A stretch of DNA of 64,000 nt from NCBI GenBank assembly GCA_964019425.1, contig OZ025798.1, forward strand, positions 186,001-250,000. The letters run 5' to 3'. Positions 23,501 to 34,106 of this stretch are shown one piece after another. This DNA comes from Flectonema sp. DT1601. Its lineage: Eukaryota. The translations under genes were made by a program, and so were the position numbers. The notes beneath the pieces are model-generated. The model saw only the letters and a list, made by a program, of their open reading frames with translations, had not been told where the DNA came from and did no database searches. The stretch's first letter is position 1. Every line of letters begins with the position of its first letter.

Positions 23501-26158
23501 TACGATTTCCTTACCTTCAGAGTCTACAGGCATTCCATTTAGTCTGATACTTGGAATTGGAATTTGGTTGTTTATTTTTTTTTGTCCAATCCTCTGCTCT
23601 TCTATTCTCATTCCATGTTTCTTGTGCATTCTATTCTGCAGGTATTTTAGTATATCAGTCGGATTGTACTGGTCAAGATCCTGAACGTGTTCTTCTGTGT
23701 CACTAAACGATCCAAAATTATCGATCAGGATCGCAATAAACAAGTTTATCAGAATATAATTTCCCAACGTAAATAATATTAAAAAATATATACAAGATGC
23801 TGCCGACGTCGCTTTCATTGTTTGTTTCATGATAGTACCCCAGGATTCACCAGTTATGACAATGAAGACGGTTAGAGCAGATGACCATAAATCACCAAAA
23901 CCAGGTCTGATGTTGACGTTGCTGGTTCCGAATAGATGAGATCCAAGGACTGAAAATATAAATAAAAATAAAAACATGAGACCCGACAGACTCATCACAG
24001 CGAACACTGATGATGTTATAGTCGATAGAAGCTTTCGTAACGTTTCCATTCGATTCGCAAGTTTTAGTATTCTTGCTAAACGAGCCATTCTAAAGATTCT
24101 GAATGAAGATAACGATCCACCACCACCTTCAGGACCTGACACTAAACTCGGTATACTCGTCAGTACTAACAAACAGTCAAATGCATTAAACTTGTCTTTA
24201 AAATATTCCCCAACTCCGAGTCCTATTAATTTCAGTGTCATTTCAAAACCGAATACAACGCTGCAGGCAAAATTACAAATATCTAAATTAGTTGAGACGC
24301 TTGAACTCATTCCGTGAAACGACGATGCCATAATAATAACATTCATTGCGGTAGTTGTCAACATCAATCTATTAAATAATATTGATTGAACAAGATGATA
24401 AATAGGACGTCTCCATGATTGAAGTTCATCATCTTGTTTTGGTAATCCGATTACTGAAACTCGTCTTCCAGTTCGAGTCTGGGCACATGGACTATGTCCG
24501 GAATTATCCGGCATCTCATCATCAAGAGTTTCTACGTCGTATCCTAAAGCTTTGAGTTCACCGGCATTTACATCAGACATTTCATTGCTGCTACAAACGG
24601 ATTCTTCATCGTCGTCAGTTGTTGTGATTAGAATTGAAAACTGTGACGGAGGTAACGCAAAGAATAACGGTGGGCAAAGTAGTACATCAGCAAACGTCGT
24701 TGAAACTGTCGCGTATTCCAACACCCGACTTTGGTTAACAGAATCGTTACTCGCTGCTTTATGAAATGTCGATGACAAAACTGCGAGAACTAAATTAATA
24801 CAAAAGAATCCACCAAGAACCGTTACTAGAAAGAAATAAACCCAAACTTCATGAGATTCAGAGTTCTGAAGAGTATTCATATCACCGGGCCAGTCATCGA
24901 GTGATATTAATTTATAAACCATCAGTAACGCTGTACCTATATTATCAAAGTTAAGAATGTCCTGTTGATAAAGAGACAAGTCTGTCATACATGTTTGATT
25001 CATATTTAATCCGTTAGTCGAACATTGTCGACCTCCTCCACATACTTCAGAGTCGTTCAAAACAAGCCAATTTCTACTTGTATTCAGACTGCTGTTGTAG
25101 CCGTCATAATCTGCGTGAGATGAATTCTCAAAGAGGTAGGTGATGTTATTATCATAAGCAAGTGCTACGTCAGATGAAACGTAGCAACGTTTGTGTAATG
25201 ATCCAGAAAATAACTTAACTCCAAGAATAGCGGATATAACAAGAAAGAATAACAACAATGTGAAAGCGTCAACTAATGAACTGAATGACTGAACAAGAGT
25301 ACTCACAATGATCCGCATTCCTTGAACTCTGGAGATGGTTCGAAGAGGGCGCAGCACTCTAGTCAGTCGGAGAGTCTTCAGAGCTGAACCATCAGTACCA
25401 GGAATACAATACTCCAAAACCGACATAAAAACAATAAAAAAATCAACTTGATTCCAAGTACTTCTCAAATAGCTGTATCGGTGTTGCCAAAACCCGAGTG
25501 CCATAATCTTTACAAGAGCTTCAAGAGAATAAAAAACTAAAAACGTGATGTCGATTATCTGCAAAGTTGAAGCCACAGCGTCTGCGTGGTCCATTCCAGG
25601 AGTATCAAGGCACAGTTGAATACTATTGATTAATATTAATACTAAGATTCCTTTATCAAACCAATCACTACTTATGACTGACATTATTTTACGTCTGAAC
25701 TCTGCAAGGGATGAATCATGTTGTGGTGGTGGTAAGAAGAAACAAGATCCCTCATGAATGTTAAAGACCACCCTCATACTTCCTGTGCATCTGTAGCAAA
25801 GTGTTCGTATCAGTTCGTGTCGGGATGACTTTGTTCTAATTGCGCTTAGGGAATCTGGAGTTAGTTTTTTAATTAGTTGTTTGTTAAGTTCTCGTTCATC
25901 TTCAGTGAGTTCTCGTTCTTCTTCATCGTGATTAATGTTATTCGTTAAGTGAATAATCGCTTCTGTTGGATCTTCTATACAATGTTCACTGTCACTGTTT
26001 GAAAAATCAAAATCTGAAATTGCTTCTTCCATGTCTCCCGTCGCTTCTGATTTCATTGATCGAACTGGTGGAGACATATTTCCGTCATCTCTATCGTTGT
26101 GAACTCGTTTTCTCCATTCATCAACAAAACTTTTATTGTTATTATTACGATCACCCAT
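17531..26158 (-). CDS. Four-domain voltage-gated Ca2+/Na+ channel alpha subunit. Exons 26158-17753 and 17644-17531
   Basis: Four 6-TM repeats with S4 segments (RLTRVLRPLRTISR, RIFRMARLARILK, RALRIIK, RVIRVGRMFR). Pore loops SLDDW/TGESW/VGEGW/TTETW. Intron 17645-17752 (GTATGT..aaaCAG). First ATG at 26158; the track start is a TTG. Confidence 0.93.
18700..19330 (-). repeat. Coding repeats SPRQ(S/L)PSPWP in the channel C-terminal tail
   Basis: Near-identical 36-nt units at about 18785-18880, with degenerate copies on either side. Confidence 0.8.
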
Positions 26159-26336
26159 GTTATACAATTCTTAGTTTATGATCACATTTATCCAGCTCAG
26201 ATTCTTATAATTATCATTTTTATAAAGTGATGTGTTTGGGATTGTTTTTTGATTTTTTGATTTGTTTTTTTTAATATATTTTTTTTTAAAATTAGTTCTG
26301 TAAGGTGAAATACTTTGTTAAGAGACTTGTTGATGA

Positions 26337-26371
<35 letters not shown>

Positions 26372-27436
26372 AAGATCGACACACAATCTTCACATTACTG
26401 CCAAATCCCAAATTGCAATTTCTTTTTTTCCCCGCCTTTATTAAAAGCGTTTGTTCTTTTTTTTTTTTTTTTTTTTTTTTTTCCGTAGAGAACATATTTA
26501 TTATTATTTTTTTTTTGTTAATATTTGTTAGATAGTATAAAGTATTAAGAAAAAGAATTTAAAAAAAAAAAAAGAAATATATTACGAAAGCTAGGATTTA
26601 AATAGGACAAGTTTTTTCAGAATACCGTTCTCTTCTCTTTTCTTTTTACTACCTCTTGAAAACACGCACAGCAGGCCTTCCTACTGCCCTACAACAATTG
26701 TTTGTAATTACGTACCAAAGTCCACTAACAGTAAATATAAAGAGGGGATATTTTTTTTTTAAAAAAGATTGCGAAAAAAGAAAGAATGGAAAAAGAAAAG
26801 GGTAATTGGGGAATTAAAAGTCTTTCCTTTTTTTTCTTCTTTTTTTTTTTTGAATCTGTGGCTGCCCTTTTCTAGTCATAACTAGTCAGGTTAATTATTC
26901 AAAAAAAAAAAAAAAAAGAAATCAGGTGCAAACGACTTCAATTAAAAAAGCTAGCCATTGAAGCTTTCTTTTTTTTTTTTTTTCAACAAGCTATTTCCTC
27001 CAGGAAAAATGACTTTTCTTTATTCAGTCCTTACATGACTCTATTCAGCTCCTAAAACAGCTGCCTGACGAATTAAATGGAATTTTTTTTTTTTTTTGAA
27101 TACAACAAAACGAGTTGCGCAACGAAACAGGGTTAGGGAGGAAGAAAGAAAAGAAGAAAAAAAAAAGAAAAAAAAAGAAAGCTGCGCTTGTTATTCCACC
27201 ACATTATGAATGCTACAGTTTTAGATACTATCACAGCAATACTAAAATTCTCAACTCAACGTAATGCGCTTATTGGCACTACGGGTCACTAGTATTATGG
27301 TCTACTGTTTGTTTTATTGTTTCCTTTTGAAATTTTCAACAAATAAAACATTTCCACAAAAGTAATCAAAGCATACCAAGTATAATATCCTCCCTTTAGT
27401 GTGTAATTGCGTCAGTGTGTCGTAACAGAACTCACT

Positions 27437-30400
27437 TTATCGAGCACTGCGAACACCAATTATGTTAAGAAAATAATTCTTTGAGAGAGGCGTATTCTTT
27501 CCTCTGTAGCACGAGGAACAAAGGTCATAAGAGCACTCTGCACAAGTCCATCTTTGAGTAGACTTTGGGAATGTTGCTGTACAGCCAGGACCTGCACAAC
27601 AAGCATGAACTTTAGATGAAGAGTTGTCTACAAGAGTGTGGCCGTTGATGCATTTACTGCTGGCTGCTGTTTCTTCTGGAACACATGAGAAACAGTAGTC
27701 TGCACGACAAGGTCGGCAAAACCATCGGGGGCCTGAATTAGAACTGTCGCACTTATTGCAAACCCATCCTGACTTGTATGCTCCTTCTTTAAAGTCAGAA
27801 ACAAACATTTCATGAGCATTTCCACAAGTTACGGACCCATCGCTTTTTACTTGTGAGCGTGAATTCCCACAGTTGGTACAGCTATCTGTCGCTGATTTAG
27901 CTCCGCATTCCTTACATTCCCATTCTCGTTCACGAGGTAGGACTTCATTCCAGAAAGCCTCATCAACTTCTAACTCATCCATGTCTTCAACAACTACTTG
28001 TTTACCACGAGATGGTTCAATTCTTGGGATAGCATCTAAGACGTGTTCATTATCAGATGTACATCCTTGTTTCTCACATTCTTCACAAAGATATACATTT
28101 GGACATTGAAGACAAGCAAAAGCTTTCTCAGTCGATACAATTGGCCACTTGTGACATCTGTCACATGACGAGCAGTCATTCCAAACATTTACAACTTCAC
28201 CCTCTTGCATCCTTTCAAGAAGTTGAGCCCGTCTAGTGTCTCTGTTGTCAGGATCACATTCAGGTGGTTTTGATTTATCAGTTGACTCAGAAGAATGGAC
28301 GTGTTTATGATTAACAGCAGGAAGTAAACATAACCAACAGAATTCATACATACACTCTCTGCATACCATGTAACGACATCTTTGACCTAAATCTTCTTCT
28401 CTCATTATCCAAGACTGACAACGTCGACATGGAACACAATTGTCGGGCATCTGACCAACTGCTTCAACCTCAGCTGGTACTTCCTGACCGCGACGCTTGA
28501 GAGTATTAACTCTGGCCCTGGCAAACTGATCACAACTTGAGAAGTAGTGAGCTGTACCACCACATCTTGACATTCCACGAACAGCGCAGAATGTGTGACC
28601 ACAAGCCTTACACAATACTGGTTCTGTCTTTGATCCAACAACTACCCACTCAGAACAACGAGGACATGATCGGATTCTGTCGTGTGTTGGAAGACGCTTC
28701 TGCATGTGCTTCTCTAAATTATCTAACGTCGCGTGCGCTCCACCGTCTGGTTTCCTTGCTGCTTCACAGAATTCCCGTGTTGTTAATATATGAGTACAAC
28801 CACCTCCACCAGTCATTGGACAAACAGCAATAGCTCCTGGTCCTTCCATCTCTCCTGTGTCGTTCATTCCTAAGCTGCGTTCGATGCAGGACTGAACCCA
28901 TTTCTGAAGACAGGAAGGATGAACGTTGTGACCACAAAGTAGTTCGTACATTACTTCCTCGTCAGGACTGAGGCAGGCGCAGCAGATTTTAGGATCGGAA
29001 ATTGGAATAGTTGACTGCTGTCTTCCCCAATCAGAATGAGATGGTATTGAAGTAGCGTACTCATCTGATTGAATAGCATCCCTGATGTCAAGGAAGTTGA
29101 GAGCTTTTGCCACCTGTTCTTCAGTTCCAACAACTTCTAGAAGAGATTCTATTCCCGTCTTTGGATCAGGAAGTAGTTGAATATTATGTAAACCCGCCTG
29201 CTGTTCAATTAACTGCAGTAGTACGCAGCTATTCTTATTTAAACGAGCAGCAACATCTTCTTGAATGCTGACAGTAACGGACTTTTCGAGACCGCGAGCT
29301 CCTTCGTCACCAAGGTAGCGAAGGTGTTGCATTGCCGCTCTAATGTTTACCTCATTACCAGAAACTCTGAGGTGGAGGTTTGGAGGACGATAATCAATAA
29401 AAGCACCAGAAACTTCAGAAATATGTTGAACAATATCCCAAACAGATCTACGCAGCCTTGCATCTTTATCTTTTACACTAAGAGCCTGACGTAGTTTTAA
29501 AAGTTGTCTCTCAACGTCAAAGTCTGCAGCATTGATATCCTGCGTCCACTCTCTGAGATTCTCCTGAGCTGATTGTAAAAAGTTATTCAAAAGTTCAATT
29601 ATTTTCGATGTGTCTTCGTGCTCGCTGAGTCTCTTTGCTGCTCGCAGTAAAACATAGATTGTGTCTATCAGTTTTGAAGAAGTCTTTTCTGCGTCCTTTT
29701 CCATTTCCTTGAGTCGGTGTCTTGCACGCTGTGTGGTAGCATGTGCTGTACGAAGTTCTGTAACTTCATTAGCTGAAGTAAATGAAAGAACTTTACTAAG
29801 TTCTGAAAGGAGATATTCATCAGCAAGGACGTACCACTTCTGCTGAACAAGTTGAAGAGCTGCTCTGGAAAGTAACTTCTGAAGGTCTGATATTGATGAA
29901 ATCTTATCGTAGGCAATTGGTGTTCCAAGACGTGATATAAACCCGAGAGCTGGGTTATGAAGAGTTCCCTTTTGAATATTACCATCAGGAGTGATTTCTA
30001 AGTCTGGTATGTATGCTGCCCACTTGCTGACCTTCTGGAACTCAACAGAACATTTGTCGTTCTTTATCTTTGTCACTGTTCCAATGTCACCCGGCTTTAC
30101 GTGTCCCCATCTGAACTTAGGTTCCTTTACACTTGCCTTTACTCTGACCTTGCATCCAACTTGAATTGGTGGTGCAGTTCTTGGTTTGCTGCATTTCGTA
30201 TTAAATGCTCTCTCTCCACAACATGACCAGTGAGGGACGCTGATATTTCCGTTGTGTTCACAATATGGCCAGTCTCTGTGGTTAGGGTTACTACACCAGT
30301 AATAGTTTACTGTGAGTCCGTCTTGTCTCCACATACCAAAATGTCCTTTTGAATCTCTGCTTGATTTTACACTCCAATCAACTTCAGCTGCAACTAATGA

Positions 30401-33400
30401 AGGTCTTCCTGGATCAGTTATTCGTTGTTCACATGTACACTTCATCCACTCATCAACAGTTTTTAAAAATACTTCGAGACCTGCACGTTGTAGTTGCGGG
30501 TCCTGATTTAACCAACTCTCAAGTTTTACGACAACTCCTTCCTCCGCTGAAGGAACATTAAAACCTTCGACTGCTTTTCTTGTTGCCGGAGTTACGTTAA
30601 ACGGTCCGTTGTTTCGAATACGATCACCGATATAAACACCCATGACGGCACCCATTGCTGTCCATTCTTTAGGAACTGTAACACCATGAGATGACATTCT
30701 TTTTGTTACATCCATAGCAAACTCATCGAGTGTTACCCACATGACTTGAACTTTACCAGCGTCATCTGGAGCTTCTCCTCGCTTGTCACCTTTTCTTCCA
30801 ATTCGATACTTGTCGTATAAAGATCCAACAAACTTCTTTACGAAACCAGAAGCATGCATCCCAATAGGTTGAGATAGAAGTTGTCTCATGCGGTCAGAAA
30901 TCGGTACTCTGACTTCAATCTTTGAAACTTCACAAACCAATTCCTGAGTTACTTCTTTTAATCTTTTTGCTTGCATTGATTTTTGCCACATTGGAACAAG
31001 GCGAAGAAGTGCTCCCCTGGCCTTTTCTAACTCACCCGGCTGACCTACTATTCGGACCATACCTTGGCCTTCAAGTGATACTAACTTGCAACCAATTCTG
31101 TCCTGAACTTCGTCTTTGTGAAGATGAACAATTCCCTGCATTGAAGGAAGGATTCGAAGGATTTCTTCTCGCACTTCGCGTTCTTTTTCTATTAATCCAA
31201 CTGCCCTTGAGCGAGTATTTTGTGGACCTACGATAGCAATCCACATATTCCCTTCAGAACATCTTATTGGAGAAGTATTCGGTTTTACGTCACCATTTTG
31301 AAGTTCTTTATCAAATGGAGACGCCGTGTTCTTTAGAGCTCCTTCCTCTTCTTCTTCTACTTCAGGCTCCTGGGGTTTAGGTTCTTCAGGAGCAGCTTCT
31401 TCTGCAGGGGCTTCTGTAGCAGCCACCTGCTCGGGTTCAGCCTCAGGCTGCACGTCACTAACTTCCTCGTCAACGCCCGCAGGGGGAGGACTCTCAGCAA
31501 GTGACATGGCCAAAGCAGCAGCCAATTCTGCATCCTCGTCTTCATCCTCATCTTCAGGGTCAACAATATCGGCAGGTGGAGGAATAGGAGAAGGTTCGTC
31601 TTCTATTTCAGCAGCCTGAGATTCTTCATGAGCTGGTGTCACACTCGGGTCCATGTGTTCGGTTGGTGAAGCAGACTCTGGTTCTCGTGCTGGCTCAGGT
31701 TCGGCTTTTGGTGAGTCTTGCTGTTCTGGTTCTGCTGCTGTGGGTGGTGTAGTTTCGGAAGTTTGTGGTGCCGCAGTTTCTTCTTCTGCAGGAGCATCAT
31801 CTTCACCCATTGAGTTTGCTTCTGCCATCGACATCATCAGCGCCATTGCAAGGTCCGGGTCAGCAGCGGCTTCTGGGGGAAGCTGCTGGAGGGCCGCAAT
31901 ATCAAACTCTGCTGCAGCCTCGGCTTCGGCATCAACGCCACAGGAATTGTGCGGAGGTGAAGGAGGTGCTGAGTGAACTTCTTCTTCCGTAGCTGGATTT
32001 TCCGCAGCCTGGCTGAGGGCAATCGCAGCCCGTAGTTCGTCGTCATTATCTTCATCAATCTCATCGTTTGCCTGATCTTCAGCCTGAGGCTCTTCCTCTT
32101 CTTCTTCCTCCTCCTCTTCGTCATCGTCATCATCTTGTCGGAGTAGCATTCCTCCGTACCCAGACCTCATACTGTTGTCACCTGAAGACCCACCTAAAAT
32201 ATCAGCGAGAGCAGCACCTGCCCAATTTGAGAGGGAAGAGGCAACAGCCTTCGCCAATGTTCCGGAATCTTCTCCTGCAGCTGCTGCAGCCTGTCCTGAG
32301 CGTCTGATTGCTCGAGTGGTTCCAGTCGCGGCGTTTCTTTGTTGCATCTCTGTGAGATTAAAAGAATAAGCTCTACCAGCTACAGTAATGTTGATGATGT
32401 CATTACTTGAGTTGTAGGCTTCCTCAAGAAGTGCTGTTTCCTCAGGTCCAAATGGTTTCCATTCTTCATTTTGATTCCATTCCCACAGAGATGATCCTTT
32501 TCGTGATTCTCCTTCAGGTGAAGCTGTCGCATTTGGGGACAGAAGCACAGAGCAGGACGTCTTTTTCTGAATGTCGTGAGCGGTTTCTCCTCTAAACCCA
32601 GCGTGACCTTCAGGTATTTCCCACAGTAATCTACCTAATAGCCAGTACCTCACCCAGTGGCAACCTAAACCACAGACTGCGAAACGATAGCCATCGGGAG
32701 TCTTTTTGAAAAATATTTGAGTGTCAGCGAATCTATTTTGAAGAGTCTCGCAGATGGCTGAAAGCCACTCAGAGGACACAGCACTACCAACTCGGTCAAA
32801 TATTACAACTTTGGAACAGGCAGTTTCTAAAGCGATTGGAACAAGAGGGTCCTTTGAACTTCCTTCACCAGCTGCCACACGAATGCCAGCACTGCATCTT
32901 TCAGACCTTTTCATTAGTGAAAGCATTGAACATGGTACGCAATACGATTCTGATGATAAACAACTGCTAACTTCAGTGACTCCCTTCCCAGCTTCTTCAC
33001 TTCTGTCTTTACTTGGTCCAGATCCTCGTTGCCATTTGGATGAGTTCCAATGAATGCTTCCTTTGAAGTCTTTTAAAGGAATTAATTTACTCTCAAGAGA
33101 TTTCAGACGTTCGTCGGACTTCTTTTCACGTCGTAGCAACGTGTCGATGAGTCCTCTTCTGAAGTGAGTTGGCATCACTCTTTGAAGTCCGAGACGTTCA
33201 TCTTTATTAAAGACACGAGGGAGGTCTAATACACCAGCAGTGTCGTCATTTACCAAATGTGAAAAACAAGAGAAAGCTCTGCTGTTTGGGGGATGCTCAG
33301 ATGCTTGAAGTAGAGCATTCAAACCGTTGTAAGGTCTTCGTATTTCTTCTTTAATTAGTAAGACAGGGAGAAGGGTTGTTGGTTCAGCTGAGAGTAGTCT

Positions 33401-33769
33401 TATTTCACAACCAAGTGATTGACATTGTCCCTTAATCCATCCCCAGATTTCTTTTTTAAATTCAGTCCAACCGTCAGGGAGAGTTGTTGTCATGGTTCCT
33501 ATTTCTGTTTCGTTTCCTTCATCTTCTGCTCCCAGAGTGTTATTTAATTGATATCGTTGTGCTTCAGTCATATCTATGTAGACATTACATGCGGTCATGG
33601 TATCACCTCGGTTGTCCTGAAGTAGTTTTCTCGCTCCTTTTCTTGATAATTCGGTACCACAGATTTCAATCAAACTTTGAACTTGATCTTCAGTTACTTC
33701 TCGAACACCGGGCCGACTTCGTTTGGGATGGGGAGCAACCCCCCAGAACGCCCTCATGCGCTCAGACAT
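27437..33769 (-). CDS. Multidomain RBR (RING-IBR-RING) E3 ubiquitin ligase, 2110 aa
   Basis: RING1 CCAC..CGHNVHPSC, IBR CPRC..CKACGHTFC, Rcat CRRC..RCRYMVCRECMYEFCWLC. Also a UBA-like N-terminus, WWE (WEWNQNEEWKPF...YSFNLTEMQQRN), UIMs (DDELRAAIALSQ, DAELAAALAMSL), KH-like units, a MIB/HERC2-type SH3 repeat, and ZZ and RanBP2-type fingers. Confidence 0.85.
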   Translation of the reverse strand: MSERMRAFWGVAPHPKRSRPGVREVTEDQVQSLIEICGTELSRKGARKLLQDNRGDTMTACNVYIDMTEAQRYQLNNTLGAEDEGNETEIGTMTTTLPDGWTEFKKEIWGWIKGQCQSLGCEIRLLSAEPTTLLPVLLIKEEIRRPYNGLNALLQASEHPPNSRAFSCFSHLVNDDTAGVLDLPRVFNKDERLGLQRVMPTHFRRGLIDTLLRREKKSDERLKSLESKLIPLKDFKGSIHWNSSKWQRGSGPSKDRSEEAGKGVTEVSSCLSSESYCVPCSMLSLMKRSERCSAGIRVAAGEGSSKDPLVPIALETACSKVVIFDRVGSAVSSEWLSAICETLQNRFADTQIFFKKTPDGYRFAVCGLGCHWVRYWLLGRLLWEIPEGHAGFRGETAHDIQKKTSCSVLLSPNATASPEGESRKGSSLWEWNQNEEWKPFGPEETALLEEAYNSSNDIINITVAGRAYSFNLTEMQQRNAATGTTRAIRRSGQAAAAAGEDSGTLAKAVASSLSNWAGAALADILGGSSGDNSMRSGYGGMLLRQDDDDDEEEEEEEEEEPQAEDQANDEIDEDNDDELRAAIALSQAAENPATEEEVHSAPPSPPHNSCGVDAEAEAAAEFDIAALQQLPPEAAADPDLAMALMMSMAEANSMGEDDAPAEEETAAPQTSETTPPTAAEPEQQDSPKAEPEPAREPESASPTEHMDPSVTPAHEESQAAEIEDEPSPIPPPADIVDPEDEDEDEDAELAAALAMSLAESPPPAGVDEEVSDVQPEAEPEQVAATEAPAEEAAPEEPKPQEPEVEEEEEGALKNTASPFDKELQNGDVKPNTSPIRCSEGNMWIAIVGPQNTRSRAVGLIEKEREVREEILRILPSMQGIVHLHKDEVQDRIGCKLVSLEGQGMVRIVGQPGELEKARGALLRLVPMWQKSMQAKRLKEVTQELVCEVSKIEVRVPISDRMRQLLSQPIGMHASGFVKKFVGSLYDKYRIGRKGDKRGEAPDDAGKVQVMWVTLDEFAMDVTKRMSSHGVTVPKEWTAMGAVMGVYIGDRIRNNGPFNVTPATRKAVEGFNVPSAEEGVVVKLESWLNQDPQLQRAGLEVFLKTVDEWMKCTCEQRITDPGRPSLVAAEVDWSVKSSRDSKGHFGMWRQDGLTVNYYWCSNPNHRDWPYCEHNGNISVPHWSCCGERAFNTKCSKPRTAPPIQVGCKVRVKASVKEPKFRWGHVKPGDIGTVTKIKNDKCSVEFQKVSKWAAYIPDLEITPDGNIQKGTLHNPALGFISRLGTPIAYDKISSISDLQKLLSRAALQLVQQKWYVLADEYLLSELSKVLSFTSANEVTELRTAHATTQRARHRLKEMEKDAEKTSSKLIDTIYVLLRAAKRLSEHEDTSKIIELLNNFLQSAQENLREWTQDINAADFDVERQLLKLRQALSVKDKDARLRRSVWDIVQHISEVSGAFIDYRPPNLHLRVSGNEVNIRAAMQHLRYLGDEGARGLEKSVTVSIQEDVAARLNKNSCVLLQLIEQQAGLHNIQLLPDPKTGIESLLEVVGTEEQVAKALNFLDIRDAIQSDEYATSIPSHSDWGRQQSTIPISDPKICCACLSPDEEVMYELLCGHNVHPSCLQKWVQSCIERSLGMNDTGEMEGPGAIAVCPMTGGGGCTHILTTREFCEAARKPDGGAHATLDNLEKHMQKRLPTHDRIRSCPRCSEWVVVGSKTEPVLCKACGHTFCAVRGMSRCGGTAHYFSSCDQFARARVNTLKRRGQEVPAEVEAVGQMPDNCVPCRRCQSWIMREEDLGQRCRYMVCRECMYEFCWLCLLPAVNHKHVHSSESTDKSKPPECDPDNRDTRRAQLLERMQEGEVVNVWNDCSSCDRCHKWPIVSTEKAFACLQCPNVYLCEECEKQGCTSDNEHVLDAIPRIEPSRGKQVVVEDMDELEVDEAFWNEVLPREREWECKECGAKSATDSCTNCGNSRSQVKSDGSVTCGNAHEMFVSDFKEGAYKSGWVCNKCDSSNSGPRWFCRPCRADYCFSCVPEETAASSKCINGHTLVDNSSSKVHACCAGPGCTATFPKSTQRWTCAECSYDLCSSCYRGKNTPLSKNYFLNIIGVRSAR

Positions 33770-34106
33770 CTTGTATGGTCTGACTGAATGAAGATATATA
33801 ACTTTTAATTATTTTTTCTCTTTTTTTTAACCAACCAGTTTAAACATACAATACAATTAGCTACAAAAAAGATGTTCTTTTTTTTTTTAAAAAAAAAATT
33901 AAAAAAAAAAATTTCCTTCGATTTTTTCGGTCTTAAGTTAAGAATACAATAACAAATAATATACAGCTGAGCTACCCCAACAGATGCAAACAAAATCTAT
34001 AAAAGAGTTTAAAGACGTTAAGAAATAATAAAAAAGTGTATTACTCAGGAAGTGTAAAAATAGAAACAAAAAATCTGACGTTGTAGACCATTCAAGGCTG
34101 GGAGAA

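Noticed and set aside
26197..26535. Short ORFs with poly-Lys/poly-Phe runs (also near 54028-55096 and 56853)
   Set aside because: Translations of intergenic poly-A/T tracts.
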